Program-made: the position numbers and the translations under genes
Virus genome (UHGV): UHGV-1707574
Source: a virus
Reading direction: 5' to 3' (one strand)
Length of the DNA stretch: 37,457 nt
Part shown: piece by piece, positions 18,201 through 29,098 of the stretch
Numbering within the stretch: position 1 is the first letter of the stretch
Layout: each line of letters opens with the position of its first letter
The notes under the pieces: model-generated
Told to the model about the DNA's origin: nothing
Seen by the model: the letters and a program-made list of their open reading frames with translations, nothing else
The model's database searches: none

Positions 18201-21200
18201 ATAGTACAGGTCCATGTCAGTACATACGCGGTCCATATCCCTGATTATTGAGAAGATCGGACGGGCTTTCTCGTGCTCAATCACGCCGTCTTCATTGACC
18301 GAGGTCGTTACGCCATTGTTGGCTTTGGCCGCCGCTTCCGCCTGCTGACGTAATTCTTCATACGCCGCCAGTTGTTCTTCAGTAAGTGGTGCATCCTGCT
18401 GGTGCTCGTCCAGTTCCGGGATCTCCACGGTATCCTTAACGTCTTCCGCCGTTTTAAGCGTTGTCCAGCGATGGAATATGCCGCGCAGCGCATCAAGGTT
18501 TTCAAAGCCCACCAGCGCCATTTTTTCTTCAACTTCACCGCTGATTTTCTGTACCGTTTCCAGCCTGGTCTTGCCGAAGAATTTAACGAAGTCATCAGGA
18601 CCGTAGATCCCCATCTTCTGCCAGTATTCCTTCGGCAGCACATGAGAAAGCATGTTGTATGCATCGATCGGGGTGTTAACGACTGGCGTTGCAGTCAGGA
18701 GAACCGGTCCGCGCCCACCATTCTTTTTCATCAGGTACGCGTTTTTAATTGCCATATCCCGCGCCGATTGCGCCACCGCGCTGGTGGGCAGATAGGCCAG
18801 TTGTGACGCTTCGCGACCATTTTTATAGCTATTGCGGTAGTTGTGACCTTCGTCAGCGATCACACTATCGAAGCCCATATCCTCAAAGTACGGATACTTC
18901 TCTGCTTTTTCGGTGCCGGTATCTGAATACTCCGACAATACCCGGCGACGCGCGGCCTCTTTGCGGTGGGAGTCGGAGTCCATTGCGCTGGCTACGCGCC
19001 CGGCGGCAACGAAGTCATAAAGCATATCCTGTGCATGCTCATCTACGGTGTCATCACGTAGCGGAATGCGGGCGTATTGTTCTTTGGTAAACACGACTGC
19101 ACGGTAATTTGAGTGCGGGATCGCGTTCATCCGCGCCGTGATAGTGGCTTCATCTGCCAGTTTTAGGGCATCGCGCATAACTGGAGTGCCATCAGTACCA
19201 AGAACAGGTTTACCGTTCTCATCGAGCACCGGCACCTGGCGAATCTGATCGCCATCCATCAGCACATCAAGACCGACGAACAGGTAGTTACTGAATGCCT
19301 CTTCACTCAGGAATTCTTTTGCTTCGTAATACCAGTTTTCCAGCACTGATTTAGGCACTACATACGCAGTACGGGTGGAGCGACCGTTCTCATAGTTGAA
19401 CGCTTCAAGCGCCAGCGCGGTCGTAGTTTTACCCAGCCCGGTGCCGAAGCCCAGGATGCCGCGCCCATCTTCGGACAGTCGGCGCACTTCGCTATTCTGG
19501 TAATCAAATGGCTGGCGCTTACCGCTTAATCCCTTCAACCCAAGCGGATCGCCAGAGTGTTCATACGGGATATTGCTATTGAACACATCGTTGTATTTGG
19601 CAACCAGTTCATCGTAGCGATCGTGCGTCTTGATCCACTTATTGAACTGGTCCTCAAGCAGTGCCATCTGCTCGCGGTAGCCGTTCGCCGTCGCGCTATC
19701 TTTGCCACCGATACGCGCACCATTGAGATACTTTTCCAGCTGTGCCGGGAACCCGGTCGCGTTTTCACCTGATTTACGGTCCCACTCGTAGCGGATCTCG
19801 CCTGTTTCTTTATCCTTGCGCTGGACGACACCGTATCGGTGCCCGACGAACAGACCATCACCACCGTGATAGGTGTCAGAAACCATTTCGTCGCCTTCCA
19901 GCTGCACTGACTGCACATAGCGAAGATCCGGATAGCCGTTTTCCTGCAAAAATTCCAGAATGACGGAACGGTCGAACCAACGGCTATTGAGCTTAAAGCG
20001 GATATTCTCTGCTGGCGTCTTGATGCGCTTCTCTTCGATCGCTGCCAGCTGATTAAGGACGTTGTTCTTTACTGGACCGTCGGGGAGTGTGGCAAGGAAT
20101 TCCCGTTTTGGTGCCACTATCTCGTTAATGTCGCCGCTGGTGGCGCGGGCGAACGGAACAATCCCGCCATACGGTGAAACCGCAATGCCAGGGGTGCTGG
20201 CCAATAAATTAAGCAACTCGTCATCACTGGCTGGCAGTTCGCCGGTAAACGCAAGGCGGAAATCATCGAGCTGGATTGGATCGCGAGTGAGATCACTGTA
20301 GAGATAACGCAGGGTGTCCTGATAGCTGGTGGAGTCATAACTGGCGCTGGAATCATGCGTAACCAGTTTTCCTGTCAGCTCGTCAGAAATAGTGCCATCC
20401 AGCTTAATTGCACCACGGAAAGCAAACCAGGCGCGCGCACCGCTCCCCGATAATTTCGCTATCGGACCGCGACCGGGGTTACCAAAACGGTCAATCTCTG
20501 CCTGCAAACGGGATACCAGAGAAAGGCGCTGCTGTTCGATTTGTTCAGCACTATGCCCGGCGGCCTTCATGTCCTGATATTCAATTAACATCCGGCCAAT
20601 CATCGCCCCGCGATACAAGCGTTCACGGTATTTTTCAGGCTGGCTGTTAATCCAGTCCACCAGCTGCACCATATCGTCGCTGATTGATGTGGTGTACTTA
20701 TCGCGGACATTTGCCATCTGGGTAAATGTCATGCCGAGACGGCCTTCTGTTGTAGTCAGGTTACGCTGAAGAGCCTCCCAGCTATCCGCGCCATAACTGG
20801 CAGCATCGATCTTAAGTTCCTTCCCGGCATCAGCTTCAATCCAGCGACCACCAGCATATTTTTGCCATACACCATTAATCAGGCGCATTTCCCCTTCACC
20901 AACAACGTCTGCGGTCGGTGACGGTTCAGCCATATCGAGCAAAGACCAGTCGATACGGCTTTCGAAACGATGAATCAGCTTCGCTTTAAGAGCCTGGTTA
21001 TCAATCTGACCGTCGGCACGAACCTCAATACGCCCCTGGAAGCCCTTTTCCTGGGTGCCATGAACAAACCGGCGGCCATCCTTTTCAAACCACTTGCCAG
21101 AAATAAACGTTGGCCAAAGCACATTTGCCGATTCAAGAGTGCCTTCATCCACCAGGGGGATTTTCTCAGCCATCTCTGCCGGATGTTTGCGCATCAGCAC

Positions 21201-22007
21201 CACATCAACGACTGTACTGGTCCCGTTTGCGTCAAAAGTACCGGTAGGCAAGCGGTGAGCGCCAAGAAATTCAGCTTTCCGTGATAGGCGCAGGCGTAAC
21301 CGCTTCATGTTTGAACCTGAAACAATGGACGGCGGCACAATCACACACATGAATCCGCCAGGCTTTATCTTGTCCAGCATGCGGAGCATGAAGTAAGAAC
21401 CCATGTCCGTTTCTTCTGCGTAAGGCTTATCGATGTTGCGTGTGTTATCACGACCGCCGAACGGAACGTTACCCACAACATGGTCGAATGAATCGTTAGG
21501 CGTGCTTATAGCCAGCTGTTCGAACGGGGAAATCTGTACGCTGTCTTCCGGGTGTAACAACTGGTTTATACGACCGGAAACACTGCTGATCTCAGTCGCG
21601 GTCATCACCGTACCAACCGGTTTTGTCTCATTAAAAACGCCGGTTCCCGCCGATGGTTCCAGAGTGTTACCTACGTCCGCGCCGTAGAGCTTCATGATCT
21701 CCCAGACACCTTCAGCGATCGGCTTTGGTGTGTAATATTCGGAGACGGACCCGCCAATGCCGCCTTCACCGGTGTACCCAGCCAGGATCTGGCGCTGTTC
21801 ATCTGTCAGTGTCGCGCCGTCCACCAGCGAATTAAGCAAATCTATCGCCTTCTGATTCGCCTCCCGGCGTAGTCGGTCATAGCTTTTGCCTTCCACCTTT
21901 TCCACGCCGTATCTAATCGGCGCTCGGTGAGATGTTATTGCCCTAATGTATTTCAATATTTCGCTGACACTTGAACAGCGAAACACCCCCATAGATAGCT
22001 TGTTCAT
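15240..22007 (-). CDS. darB: DarB, 2255-aa methyltransferase/helicase-type anti-restriction protein
   Basis: Single 6.8-kb ORF; SF2 helicase motifs GFGTGLGKT and VIADEGHNYR; size and position match P1 DarB. Confidence 0.9.
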   Translation of the reverse strand: MNKLSMGVFRCSSVSEILKYIRAITSHRAPIRYGVEKVEGKSYDRLRREANQKAIDLLNSLVDGATLTDEQRQILAGYTGEGGIGGSVSEYYTPKPIAEGVWEIMKLYGADVGNTLEPSAGTGVFNETKPVGTVMTATEISSVSGRINQLLHPEDSVQISPFEQLAISTPNDSFDHVVGNVPFGGRDNTRNIDKPYAEETDMGSYFMLRMLDKIKPGGFMCVIVPPSIVSGSNMKRLRLRLSRKAEFLGAHRLPTGTFDANGTSTVVDVVLMRKHPAEMAEKIPLVDEGTLESANVLWPTFISGKWFEKDGRRFVHGTQEKGFQGRIEVRADGQIDNQALKAKLIHRFESRIDWSLLDMAEPSPTADVVGEGEMRLINGVWQKYAGGRWIEADAGKELKIDAASYGADSWEALQRNLTTTEGRLGMTFTQMANVRDKYTTSISDDMVQLVDWINSQPEKYRERLYRGAMIGRMLIEYQDMKAAGHSAEQIEQQRLSLVSRLQAEIDRFGNPGRGPIAKLSGSGARAWFAFRGAIKLDGTISDELTGKLVTHDSSASYDSTSYQDTLRYLYSDLTRDPIQLDDFRLAFTGELPASDDELLNLLASTPGIAVSPYGGIVPFARATSGDINEIVAPKREFLATLPDGPVKNNVLNQLAAIEEKRIKTPAENIRFKLNSRWFDRSVILEFLQENGYPDLRYVQSVQLEGDEMVSDTYHGGDGLFVGHRYGVVQRKDKETGEIRYEWDRKSGENATGFPAQLEKYLNGARIGGKDSATANGYREQMALLEDQFNKWIKTHDRYDELVAKYNDVFNSNIPYEHSGDPLGLKGLSGKRQPFDYQNSEVRRLSEDGRGILGFGTGLGKTTTALALEAFNYENGRSTRTAYVVPKSVLENWYYEAKEFLSEEAFSNYLFVGLDVLMDGDQIRQVPVLDENGKPVLGTDGTPVMRDALKLADEATITARMNAIPHSNYRAVVFTKEQYARIPLRDDTVDEHAQDMLYDFVAAGRVASAMDSDSHRKEAARRRVLSEYSDTGTEKAEKYPYFEDMGFDSVIADEGHNYRNSYKNGREASQLAYLPTSAVAQSARDMAIKNAYLMKKNGGRGPVLLTATPVVNTPIDAYNMLSHVLPKEYWQKMGIYGPDDFVKFFGKTRLETVQKISGEVEEKMALVGFENLDALRGIFHRWTTLKTAEDVKDTVEIPELDEHQQDAPLTEEQLAAYEELRQQAEAAAKANNGVTTSVNEDGVIEHEKARPIFSIIRDMDRVCTDMDLYYRRITYRFLPEYADAVQQLADSLPKQATSEDDDSDDSITQQSQYSLIDKGEFIQLQVPEAFEQEVNKRLARFGIDEQTVTHPVTPKYAKLIATLKEFFPEGKQIIFTDEKTQHQKLKRIICNALNLEPSKVGILNAQTVAEAGKTGKKLKAVKPPKELPDEPTDAQIAKYNEQMALYDAYIAQQNEMSLGGLEKIAADFQEGRTPIIICNKKAEVGINLHRGTTDIHHLTLPWTPASIAQRNGRGARVGSNRASVRVHYYCGKGSFDEYRLKTLKRKAGWISDILRSDKSEMENADANEMIEMQMYTAKDDGERLAMMQVQMDKAKAAQRARQKEQATIDLQNYIKAQHAAGEDVEVLTAELERSKAELEKTTAEVAKFKQAVMAKAADNADWKARWGSVHHTDRMLLAQYRASLKNAIQRKANISQAISRYEKLLNRTQKAATDIKRLRPLVEDAINKGILDVDPDLVNHASEFLVIGDRSWRVGQYYDCAGDIVRIKSLDFDSQRADVEIIFTFKGTKSGNWDVKTLDKQVDVTPDEDAVMQKISGGVSIAGINDIISCDDFYRFQQRGMIKITDSYGVQTTESGYSIDFVGTYTDPLKHAVYPDRRDGALKSSIAKWVLGMMSEGNNRQIRSAETFLVELFGSNYGDVIASYGDTLSPEAIQEKIADAIARMPEKTSQGATRNGDSELEVTNAIFGTNEFRASDYEITTAQFGTIGIYSNKDEIKQSMDAASARIAAERKANLNHAVSALTQSWVTAIREAATTGKITPAIADVVNDGSKFMDAYKMDAVQLPSAYGQLSYRMTYNLVSMFSDLAILGLVDLNEVTPELLSMRKNHVEILQRINTVLAGRTDEEKQADADRINLALGNITEEEIAARNEKQEELSSIQGDATSIAQSLGLNYRVSTADLKMMYAPKFAAGEVFGLQEASGMKGVLFRAKDAIKAKFGARWLPAKAKNSDFPGNWWIIETKHNVADVLAVIQQYA

Positions 22008-22020
22008 TGGTAATCCTTAA

Positions 22021-22039
22021 CAAGTGACTAGTGTTAAAT
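22021..22039 (+). promoter_or_regulatory. Candidate late promoter element upstream of prt
   Basis: CAAGTGACT-N4-TTAAAT about 45 bp upstream of the prt start. Confidence 0.45.
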
Positions 22040-22073
22040 TCCGTTCAAACACGATGCGAATTATTCTAATTAA

Positions 22074-24804
<2,731 letters not shown>

Positions 24805-24811
24805 CCACCAA

Positions 24812-24840
24812 AAATAACCCCGGCGGCTGCCGGGGTTATC
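24812..24840. terminator. Intrinsic terminator between pro and the lyz-side transcript
   Basis: AACCCCGGC-GGCT-GCCGGGGTT flanked by AAAAAT and TTATCGTT. Confidence 0.6.
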
Positions 24841-24848
24841 GTTAACTA

Positions 24849-25103
24849 TTATCGCCTTCGTCTGCGTGCCATATATTTTCGCACCGCGCGACGTGGGCAA
24901 TCTGAAGCGGTTTCTTTCTGCTGCATCAATCTTGCAGCCATGCTCAAAAATGTCAGGCACAGCCGAAGCCCGGCATATAATAGCGGTTCCAGTGGCCACG
25001 TCTCATTGAGCACATATACCGCCATGAAAATCGAGTCGAAAACTATCGCCGCCAGCGATAACTTCATTGTCGAAAGTCGGCGGAGCTGCCGGAGTTTATT
25101 CAT
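24849..25103 (-). CDS. Small membrane protein, 84 aa, translationally coupled to lyz
   Basis: ATG overlaps the lyz stop (ATGAATAA); two hydrophobic segments and a poly-Arg C-terminus. Confidence 0.45.
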   Translation of the reverse strand: MNKLRQLRRLSTMKLSLAAIVFDSIFMAVYVLNETWPLEPLLYAGLRLCLTFLSMAARLMQQKETASDCPRRAVRKYMARRRRR

Positions 25104-25653
25104 TGACCAGTCCCGTCAGGCAAAGCTGGCGTTCTTTTTCACGGCGAATCTTTAAACCTCGCAGGGGCACGCCGTTACTGTTCACGAAATCAGGGAGATG
25201 GTTACACATATTCACCCATTCTCCTTTCTGCGCCCACTTGTGGATGGACGTTTCTACTCGCATGCCTCGCGCTTTGCTGTAGTAGGTCCGTAAACTATTG
25301 CATCCCATATTGAATGCCGCGCTTGTCATTGCGCTGAAGGCATTATCGGGCATGTCTTTGCCCCGGAAGTGCTGGTTAATACAGCGTTCAGCGATCAGGA
25401 TATTCTTTTCCCAATCAGCGGCGATTTGCTGGTCGGTTTTTCGCACGCCTGGCGTTACCCCGTGTGTATTACCAATCCCGTCAGTCCATACACCCGCCGG
25501 GCACATGTATGGATCACGTCGGCAACCTTCAGCGTTACCAATCAGCTCAAGCCCCGCCGGGTTGGTTCGCACATTGCCATTACCCATCACGATGGTAATC
25601 ATCACCGCGATAGCGCAAATTGCACCGCCTCCTGCGGCTGTTTTTCCCTTCAT
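25096..25653 (-). CDS. lyz: Lyz, SAR-type endolysin (lysozyme), 185 aa
   Basis: Starts MKGKTAAGGGAICAIAVMITIVMG (signal-anchor-release N-terminus), GAGGT SD; the ORF frame is open upstream to 25752. Confidence 0.9.
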   Translation of the reverse strand: MKGKTAAGGGAICAIAVMITIVMGNGNVRTNPAGLELIGNAEGCRRDPYMCPAGVWTDGIGNTHGVTPGVRKTDQQIAADWEKNILIAERCINQHFRGKDMPDNAFSAMTSAAFNMGCNSLRTYYSKARGMRVETSIHKWAQKGEWVNMCNHLPDFVNSNGVPLRGLKIRREKERQLCLTGLVNE

Positions 25654-25741
25654 AAAGACCTCATAAGCGAATTTTTTACGCTCCAGGACAAACACCCATT
25701 CACAGCCAATACCGACTGACTCGATCCCTTTAGAAGGTACA

Positions 25742-25760
25742 GGATAATGCAAATCACTTG
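25742..25760 (-). promoter_or_regulatory. Candidate late promoter element upstream of lyz
   Basis: On the - strand CAAGTGATT-N4-TTATCC, about 90 nt upstream of the lyz ATG. Confidence 0.4.
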
Positions 25761-25786
25761 TTAGCTACGTTTCAAAGATATACATT

Positions 25787-25803
25787 ATTGCTCTAATTAA
25801 TTT
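25787..25803 (+). promoter_or_regulatory. C1 operator upstream of ssb
   Basis: ATTGCTCTAATTAATTT, 16/17 to consensus, 20 bp before the ssb start. Confidence 0.65.
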
Positions 25804-25822
25804 ATTTTATTAGGTGAGATAA

Positions 25823-26311
25823 GTGGCACAACGCGGTGTAAATAAAGTCATCCTGATAGGTACCCTGGGACAAGACCCAGATATCAGGTATATACCAAAT
25901 GGCGGAGCAGTCGGAAGACTCAGCATCGCAACGAATGAATCATGGCGCGACAAGCAAACAGGCCAACAGAAAGAGCAAACAGAATGGCATAAAGTCGTTT
26001 TGTTCGGAAAACTTGCTGAAATTGCGAGTGAGTATTTACGAAAAGGTTCTCAGGTCTACATCGAAGGGAAACTTAAAACCCGTAAGTGGACAGATGACGC
26101 CGGTGTAGAACGTTACACGACGGAAATTATCGTCAGCCAGGGCGGAACCATGCAAATGATCGGCGCTCGCCGCGACGATTCACAGTCCTCAAATGGCTGG
26201 GGGCAGTCAAACCAACCTCAAAACCACCAGCAGTACAGCGGTGGCGGCAAACCTCAGAGCAGCGCCAATAACGAACCTCCAATGGACTTTGAAGACGATA
26301 TTCCGTTTTAG
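25823..26311 (+). CDS. ssb: Ssb, single-stranded DNA-binding protein, 162 aa
   Basis: GTG start; OB-fold N-terminus, Gly/Gln-rich linker and acidic tail DFEDDIPF. Confidence 0.95.
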   Translation: MAQRGVNKVILIGTLGQDPDIRYIPNGGAVGRLSIATNESWRDKQTGQQKEQTEWHKVVLFGKLAEIASEYLRKGSQVYIEGKLKTRKWTDDAGVERYTTEIIVSQGGTMQMIGARRDDSQSSNGWGQSNQPQNHQQYSGGGKPQSSANNEPPMDFEDDIPF

Positions 26312-26513
26312 AGTTTATGAGTAAAAAACGACTGAAAGAAAAGCGGTGGTCCAGACGCCGACAAAAGCACGAACTCGCAAACAAACGCCAAAGTTGGCAA
26401 TGGCACGCGCTTTTCACGAAAAGAACACCCCGAGATATTGCGTTCGCTGGTGGGAAAACATTCCTGACCCACCTGAAGGCGCAATACATCAGGTTTTAAG
26501 CAGAGGAAAGACT

Positions 26514-27191
26514 ATGAATAACATGACAACGAAAGAGCTTTTGACGGCACTTCCAAAATACAAAAGCCATAAAACAGTTCGCGCCTCAAAAATCAAAGAT
26601 ATCGAAATTATCGCCCTAATGGATGTGGTCCTTTTTTGCAACATCGAAGTCGTTGAGCCAGAAGGGGTAAAAGTCCATGTTGATAAAATATTTTTGCAAA
26701 AACACCGACCAGAAATTGGCGGATATCTGGTCGCTTATGAGGACGGTTCTCTGTCCTATTCACCAGAAAAAACATTTGAAGAAGGCTTTAGTCGGACTAA
26801 CGACTTCTTCGAAAATGGGGTATCGCTCAGCATTGAAGGTCACAATGGGGTGACATTCATTACAGCCAGGGACGTAACTATTTCTGCTGGCGGTATCGCT
26901 ACTCTACAAGAAGAAATCGACCTTGAAGCAGCCGACTTTTCTGACGCGCTGATGTGGCTGAAGGATGGCAAGAAAGTTGCCCGACGCGGGTGGAACGGCG
27001 AAAACCAATTCTGCTGGCTGGTTCCTGAAGGACAGTACCCGGCACGAATGGAAGCCATTAAGGGATATTTCCCCGGCGACCTCGTTCCGTATGGTGCTTA
27101 TTTCGCCTTAAAAAATGCACAAGGTGTAGTTGTTCCGTGGGTTCCTTCTGTAGGCGACTTACTGGCATGTGACTGGTTTGTAGTGGAGTGA
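26514..27191 (+). CDS. Two-domain protein, 225 aa; C-terminal DUF2829/Tad2-like domain
   Basis: ATG 26514 with GAGGAAAG SD; C-terminus FSDALMWLKDGKKVARRGWNGENQFCWLVPEG...VPWVPSVGDLLACDWFVVE. Confidence 0.7.
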   Translation: MNNMTTKELLTALPKYKSHKTVRASKIKDIEIIALMDVVLFCNIEVVEPEGVKVHVDKIFLQKHRPEIGGYLVAYEDGSLSYSPEKTFEEGFSRTNDFFENGVSLSIEGHNGVTFITARDVTISAGGIATLQEEIDLEAADFSDALMWLKDGKKVARRGWNGENQFCWLVPEGQYPARMEAIKGYFPGDLVPYGAYFALKNAQGVVVPWVPSVGDLLACDWFVVE

Positions 27192-27197
27192 TTTAAC

Positions 27198-27980
27198 GTG
27201 GAAAATACTAAAGCAATTCAATACCGCCTGCGTAATGGTCAGAGTGTCGAAGTGACCATCAATAATGATGGTGTGCCTGGCGAAAAGGTTTCGATCTCTG
27301 ATCTGGCTATCGAAAAAACCATCATGTGCCACCTTGGCTTTACTGAAGAAGTGAGCAAAAAGCATGGTGTAGCAATCTGGAGCGCAATGGATACTGGTAT
27401 GCACAGATTCATTACTGCTCGTACCCCAGGGATGACCATGATGGACCTCATGCAGATTGCGCCGCTGTTTGAATGTGAGCCTTTAGATGTATTCAGCAAT
27501 CCAGCTATCTGCCAGCAGCTATATGGTGAGATGAAACTCGCGGTTACCCCCATTGTGCTGCATGAAGGATCGCTTGCTGGCGTGTGGAAAGTGGAGCGTA
27601 TTTCAAGCTACATGCCTTTCCATGTCAACGGCGTAATCACTGGTGAAAATCAACCTGTTTCCGTTATAAAGTCAGACCTCAAGCGCGCAATTCTTGAAGC
27701 AAGTTGTCGAGTTGTCGGCCTGGGCAAACAGTCTTATGTTTCCTTCCCGGCTGGCCCTGAAGGCCCGGCAGAAATTCTGATTATGGATGCCGATCTGCTA
27801 TGGCAAATACAGTTTCTGATTGGCAAAAGCATCATCCGCGCTGAAGAACTCGATCAGTACATTACCTGCACGATGACGGATGAAGTCAAAAGTGTGGCTA
27901 TAGCCAATGCCCGGAACCTATGTCGTGCTGCATTAACAGAACTGCAAGAAAACACCACGGAAGAGGTGGAAAGTGATTAA
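27198..27980 (+). CDS. Hypothetical protein, 260 aa
   Basis: GTG start with GGAGTG SD; stop overlaps the next gene's start. Confidence 0.65.
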   Translation: MENTKAIQYRLRNGQSVEVTINNDGVPGEKVSISDLAIEKTIMCHLGFTEEVSKKHGVAIWSAMDTGMHRFITARTPGMTMMDLMQIAPLFECEPLDVFSNPAICQQLYGEMKLAVTPIVLHEGSLAGVWKVERISSYMPFHVNGVITGENQPVSVIKSDLKRAILEASCRVVGLGKQSYVSFPAGPEGPAEILIMDADLLWQIQFLIGKSIIRAEELDQYITCTMTDEVKSVAIANARNLCRAALTELQENTTEEVESD

Positions 27981-29067
27981 TCGTATACAGAATGAATCTG
28001 CCTGGTTAGCACTGATAGAACGGTATAAAGACAATTGGGAACTGGCAGCAAAAGAGTTGCTTGATATTGAGTTAACACCTCATCAAGCAAAAATTATTAA
28101 CGCGATAAAGAACACCGGAGCCAAAGTCACTGCCACCACACCACATGGTATTGGGGAAACCTCTATTGTGGCAGTGATTAGCATCCTGCAAACAATACTG
28201 TATTCGTGTTCCCGTACAGTGGTTGTTTCTCCTGCGATTAACGATAGTCGAAAAACAATAATTGACTATATGTTCCGTTATTGGGAGCGAGTTACCCAAA
28301 AACACCCTTTTCTTGGCAATTATTTCAGAATACACCCTGACAAAGGGTTGGTGCATATCAGTGAAACATGGGGATGCGTCTATATAACCTATTGTCTGAA
28401 TAACGAAGAGTCTCTGGCTGGTTTTACTGGACCGCACGATCTTTTCATCGTTATTAACTCGGCGGAAATCAGCGATCGCGCTCATGCAGTGATAACTGGC
28501 AATTTAACCAATTATGACTCGCGCCTGCTGTTGCTGTCGAAACCATCGGAACGCGAGAAAGGGTACTTTTATGATTCGCATCACCGGTTGGCCCATAGTA
28601 AAAACAATCCTGCTGGTTTTTTCACGGCGATAACTCTAAACACAGAGGATTCACCTCTCGTTTCTGAAGCATATCTTGAATTCAAAGCCAAAGAGTTTGG
28701 TGGGCGCAATAGCGATGAATATCGCCGATTGATCTTGGGGAAATTCCCCGGGATTCGGGAGTTGATGGAAAAGTCATCTGTTCCCCGTAATATGCACTTC
28801 ACAATGACTGACGGTAGTAAATGGGTAGTGCCTACGATCGTGATCGCCAAACACCATGCGAAACATCACGCTCAAAAACACAACTCCAGCACATTAGACT
28901 GGCTGAAGGCCTATACAATACCGTTATTCTCGGCAAACCATAACGCTATAACTGAATGGGCTAAACAAATCCCCTGGCAGGATGTGGCTGAAGAGGCATT
29001 TGTCGAAAAACCACCAAGAGATTTGCACGAGCACTGTTGGCTGACATCAGAAAAAAGCTTCTCGTGA
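27973..29067 (+). CDS. PacB-paralog: terminase large subunit ATPase-like domain with degenerate Walker motifs and no nuclease domain, 364 aa
   Basis: GTG start with GAGGTGG SD; extensive similarity to PacB residues 1 to about 270 in this same window, but GHGTGKS becomes PHGIGET and IIDEAS becomes VINSAE. Confidence 0.75.
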   Translation: MINRIQNESAWLALIERYKDNWELAAKELLDIELTPHQAKIINAIKNTGAKVTATTPHGIGETSIVAVISILQTILYSCSRTVVVSPAINDSRKTIIDYMFRYWERVTQKHPFLGNYFRIHPDKGLVHISETWGCVYITYCLNNEESLAGFTGPHDLFIVINSAEISDRAHAVITGNLTNYDSRLLLLSKPSEREKGYFYDSHHRLAHSKNNPAGFFTAITLNTEDSPLVSEAYLEFKAKEFGGRNSDEYRRLILGKFPGIRELMEKSSVPRNMHFTMTDGSKWVVPTIVIAKHHAKHHAQKHNSSTLDWLKAYTIPLFSANHNAITEWAKQIPWQDVAEEAFVEKPPRDLHEHCWLTSEKSFS

Positions 29068-29070
29068 GGT

Positions 29071-29097
29071 AAAAATCCCGCCGATTGGCGGGATTTC
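29071..29097. terminator. Bidirectional terminator between the + cassette and the dar operon
   Basis: AAAAATCCCGCC-GATT-GGCGGGATTTCTT. Confidence 0.7.
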
Positions 29098-29098
29098 T

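Noticed and set aside
15240-22007. Many 60-140-aa ORFs on the + strand inside darB (for example 18372-18806, 18749-19090, 20970-21284)
   Set aside because: They lie entirely within the 2255-aa darB ORF on the opposite strand and have no SD or promoter context; treated as shadow ORFs.
22038-22060. Operator-like AATTATTCTAATTAAGG upstream of prt
   Set aside because: Only about 11/17 match to the C1 operator and it lacks the GCTCTAAT core.
26317-26499. 60-aa highly basic ORF just after ssb
   Set aside because: No convincing SD, and it overlaps the open upstream extension of the next gene's frame; likely non-coding leader.
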